From Obrimoposthia wandeli (Eukaryota): a DNA stretch of 64,000 bases. The notes under the pieces are model-generated. The model searched no databases, was not told where the DNA came from, and saw only the letters and a program-made list of their open reading frames with translations. Every line of letters begins with the position of its first letter. Positions within the stretch are counted from its first letter, which is position 1. Positions 62,082 through 64,000 of the stretch are shown in pieces. The position numbers were made by a program, and so were the translations under genes. The stretch spans positions 62,001 through 126,000 of the forward strand of contig CDROCS010001688.1 in NCBI GenBank assembly GCA_977020255.1, written 5' to 3'.

Positions 62082-62849
62082 ATGCAAAAAGGATCACGAG
62101 TAGAATTAGATCAGCAACGTCGTCAGTTTATCGGCTCTAGTTTTGCGGTTTTTAGTGTGGCCTGTATGGCCGGGGTATCAGCTCCGGTATTTGCCAACAA
62201 TCATTTATTAACGGACATTGCTTCTCAAGGAAACCTCAGTCGAATTACGCAAGAGCAGGTTGCTTCAATGGAAATAAGCGCACCAACCTTTACGGTTGAA
62301 ATGCCTGAAGGTGAAACGATGACATTAACACGTCAGTTGCGTATAGCACGTCGGTATCAGGATCTCTTGTATCTTTCATACCAGAACGAGCCTTCAATTC
62401 ATGTCTATGATTCAGCCTCTTTGCAGTATCGTTTCGAAATCCAATTTAGTGATCAATTAGGTATATTGAAAGATTTTGCAGTGAGTGATAATGGCGATGT
62501 TTTTGCGCTGTTTACCGGTCAGCACGCCATTACTCATCTGAGTTCCAATGGGGCGTTTGTCCAAAAAATAGGTGAGTTTGGAATTGATAAACAAGAGCAG
62601 CTGAACGGGCCCAGCTCACTAACTATAGATTCCTTGGGCAATATTCATGTTTGGGACTTAGGTGCACGACAAATAAAAGTATTTACTTCTAATAACCAAT
62701 TCGTGCGGCAGTATGGTCAAGCGCGGCTAAGTCCGGTGCAAAGGGTGAGAAGTATTGATGGGCGAGACTCTTTGGTCGTGAAAGGTGGCGTATTGGGCGA
62801 TAGAGAGTGGTACTTTACGCCGGACGGGAATGCGCTACCAACCATCTAA
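62082..62849 (+). CDS. Tat-signal NHL-repeat (beta-propeller) protein
   Basis: QRRQFIG twin-arginine signal with PVFA cleavage; GEFG...QLNGPSSLTIDSLGNIHVWD...IKVF NHL repeat. Confidence 0.75.
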   Translation: MQKGSRVELDQQRRQFIGSSFAVFSVACMAGVSAPVFANNHLLTDIASQGNLSRITQEQVASMEISAPTFTVEMPEGETMTLTRQLRIARRYQDLLYLSYQNEPSIHVYDSASLQYRFEIQFSDQLGILKDFAVSDNGDVFALFTGQHAITHLSSNGAFVQKIGEFGIDKQEQLNGPSSLTIDSLGNIHVWDLGARQIKVFTSNNQFVRQYGQARLSPVQRVRSIDGRDSLVVKGGVLGDREWYFTPDGNALPTI

Positions 62850-62855
62850 AACAAC

Positions 62856-62894
62856 ACAACGAGGCTTGATGAGTTGCCTATCGCGAAGTGTTAA
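62856..62894 (+). repeat. Direct repeat copy 2 (duplicated umuC 3' end; putative attR)
   Basis: acaacgaggcttgatgagttgcctatcgcgaagtgttaa, one mismatch to copy 1. Confidence 0.9.
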
Positions 62895-63038
62895 GGTCTA
62901 TTTAGACTGGCTCTTATATCAAAAAAATGAAAATTATCGATTCTTATAGCTTTTATTTATGACATAGAGGTAAACGGTATTTTTCTTTCTTACTGATCTT
63001 TCACGATAATGAGAGAACAGAAGAAAAGGATAGTGTCT

Positions 63039-63248
63039 ATGTATAAATGGATTGGCGCCGTGGTTGTTTTATTGTTGATACTTGGGTCTTTGATGACATC
63101 AGGCTTAGTAACGGCATTATTCGATCTTACTGCTTTTTTGGTTTTATTAGCTTTAGTGTGGATTCGAGCTGTTAAATCATCAGATAAGAAGCAACAAAAG
63201 CAGCAAAGCAACGGAAGTGATAGCACACCCGTTTTTAAAGCAGATTAG
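63039..63248 (+). CDS. Small hypothetical membrane protein (69 aa)
   Basis: RBS AAGGA; two hydrophobic helices and a polar tail. Confidence 0.55.
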   Translation: MYKWIGAVVVLLLILGSLMTSGLVTALFDLTAFLVLLALVWIRAVKSSDKKQQKQQSNGSDSTPVFKAD

Positions 63249-63253
63249 ACTAT

Positions 63254-63279
63254 AAAAAAACGAGTGCGGCTGCACTCGT
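63254..63279 (-). terminator. Terminator downstream of the YeiH-family gene
   Basis: acgagtgc-ggct-gcactcgt with T7 on the minus strand. Confidence 0.7.
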
Positions 63280-63301
63280 CTTGTCTTTGTTGCTCATTTA
63301 T

Positions 63302-64000
63302 TTACGCAACATTCAGCAATATATAGCTTAAAGAGCCCGTACCAATAGCCACCCAGAGTAAAACGCCCAATAGCAGTGGCTTCAGCCCTGCTGCGCGTAG
63401 CTTCTGAATGGTAATGCCTGAGCCGATTAAGAATAAGCACAGCACTAATAGTCGTTTAGATGCAACGAATACGTGGCTATAAACACTTTCTAAAGACGGA
63501 ACAAAGTGCGCGAATACAATCGCAAGGCAATAAAACAAAATAAAGTAAGGGATACCAATTTTCTTATTGTCACCTTTAAATAGAAATGCACTTAAAAAGG
63601 CAATGGGTACAATCCATAATGCACGTGCCAGCTTAATGGTTGTGGCCGTTCGTAATGCTTCATCACCGTAAGCGCCCGCAGCACCCACCACCGATGATGT
63701 ATCGTGAATAGCAATTGCAGCCCAAGTACCAAAAGCGTGTTGGCTCATTTCAAGTAAATGACCAATCGCAGGGAAGATAAACAACGCAATGGAATTCAAT
63801 ACAAATACCGTTGCTAATGCTAAAGAGGTTTGATCGTCTCGAGCATTAATCGCAGGTGCGACGGCAGCAATGGCACTACCACCACAAATAGCGGTACCTG
63901 AAGCAATTAAATGCCCGGTCTTTTGGTCTAAACGTAGCGCCTTGGTAAGAAACCAGCCGAAAATCAGAGTGAAAAAAATTGATCCGACAATTAAGCCAAA
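63302..64000 (-). CDS. YeiH / UPF0324 putative sulfate exporter family (5'-partial)
   Basis: Frame open to window edge; [36 protein letters not shown]. Confidence 0.9.
   Translation of the reverse strand, partial: FGLIVGSIFFTLIFGWFLTKALRLDQKTGHLIASGTAICGGSAIAAVAPAINARDDQTSLALATVFVLNSIALFIFPAIGHLLEMSQHAFGTWAAIAIHDTSSVVGAAGAYGDEALRTATTIKLARALWIVPIAFLSAFLFKGDNKKIGIPYFILFYCLAIVFAHFVPSLESVYSHVFVASKRLLVLCLFLIGSGITIQKLRAAGLKPLLLGVLLWVAIGTGSLSYILLNVA

Larger units (their letters stand above)
61610..62855 (+). mobile_element. Putative remnant or non-autonomous integrated element at the umuC 3' end
   Basis: Bracketed by 39-bp direct repeats (38/39); no integrase inside. Confidence 0.6.

Noticed and set aside
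61571-62894. 39-bp repeats as a CRISPR array or integron attC sites
   Set aside because: Only two copies 1.25 kb apart, identical to coding sequence, not palindromic; no RYYYAAC/GTTRRRY pair, cas gene or integron integrase.
62990-63226. 78-aa minus-strand ORF
   Set aside because: Antisense to the better-supported 63039-63248 membrane protein, which has a clear RBS.

Overview
A 64-kb, AT-rich window that looks like Vibrionaceae chromosome (probably Photobacterium, secondary-chromosome-type gene content; the taxon is inferred from gene families, not from a search). The backbone includes modABC, DUF1800-DUF1501, a CAP lipoprotein, GT2/DedA-LssY, DUF2955/HlyD/LysR, an M16 peptidase pair, malT/malP-malQ-glgB, a PAS chemoreceptor, threonine aldolase, an MFS transporter, a Fur-boxed iron ABC transporter, NUDIX, GGDEF, galE, a DEAD-box helicase, LysR/MATE, LexA-boxed umuDC and a partial YeiH-family gene. 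Mobile or unusual DNA: (1) two inverted ~266-bp ERIC-like MITE copies; (2) a class IIC group II intron just after a terminator, with an RT gene broken by about six frameshifts; (3) a 39-bp direct repeat (38/39) of the umuC 3' end bracketing a 1.25-kb integrase-less cargo (Tat-signal NHL propeller plus a hydroxylase-like fragment); (4) an orphan tandem KorC-like protein; (5) a Fur-boxed five-gene operon (S9 peptidase, TonB-dependent receptor, GlyGly-CTERM metallopeptidase, two DUF1566 proteins). No rRNA, tRNA or CRISPR array was seen. Family calls come from motifs recognised by eye; no database was searched.
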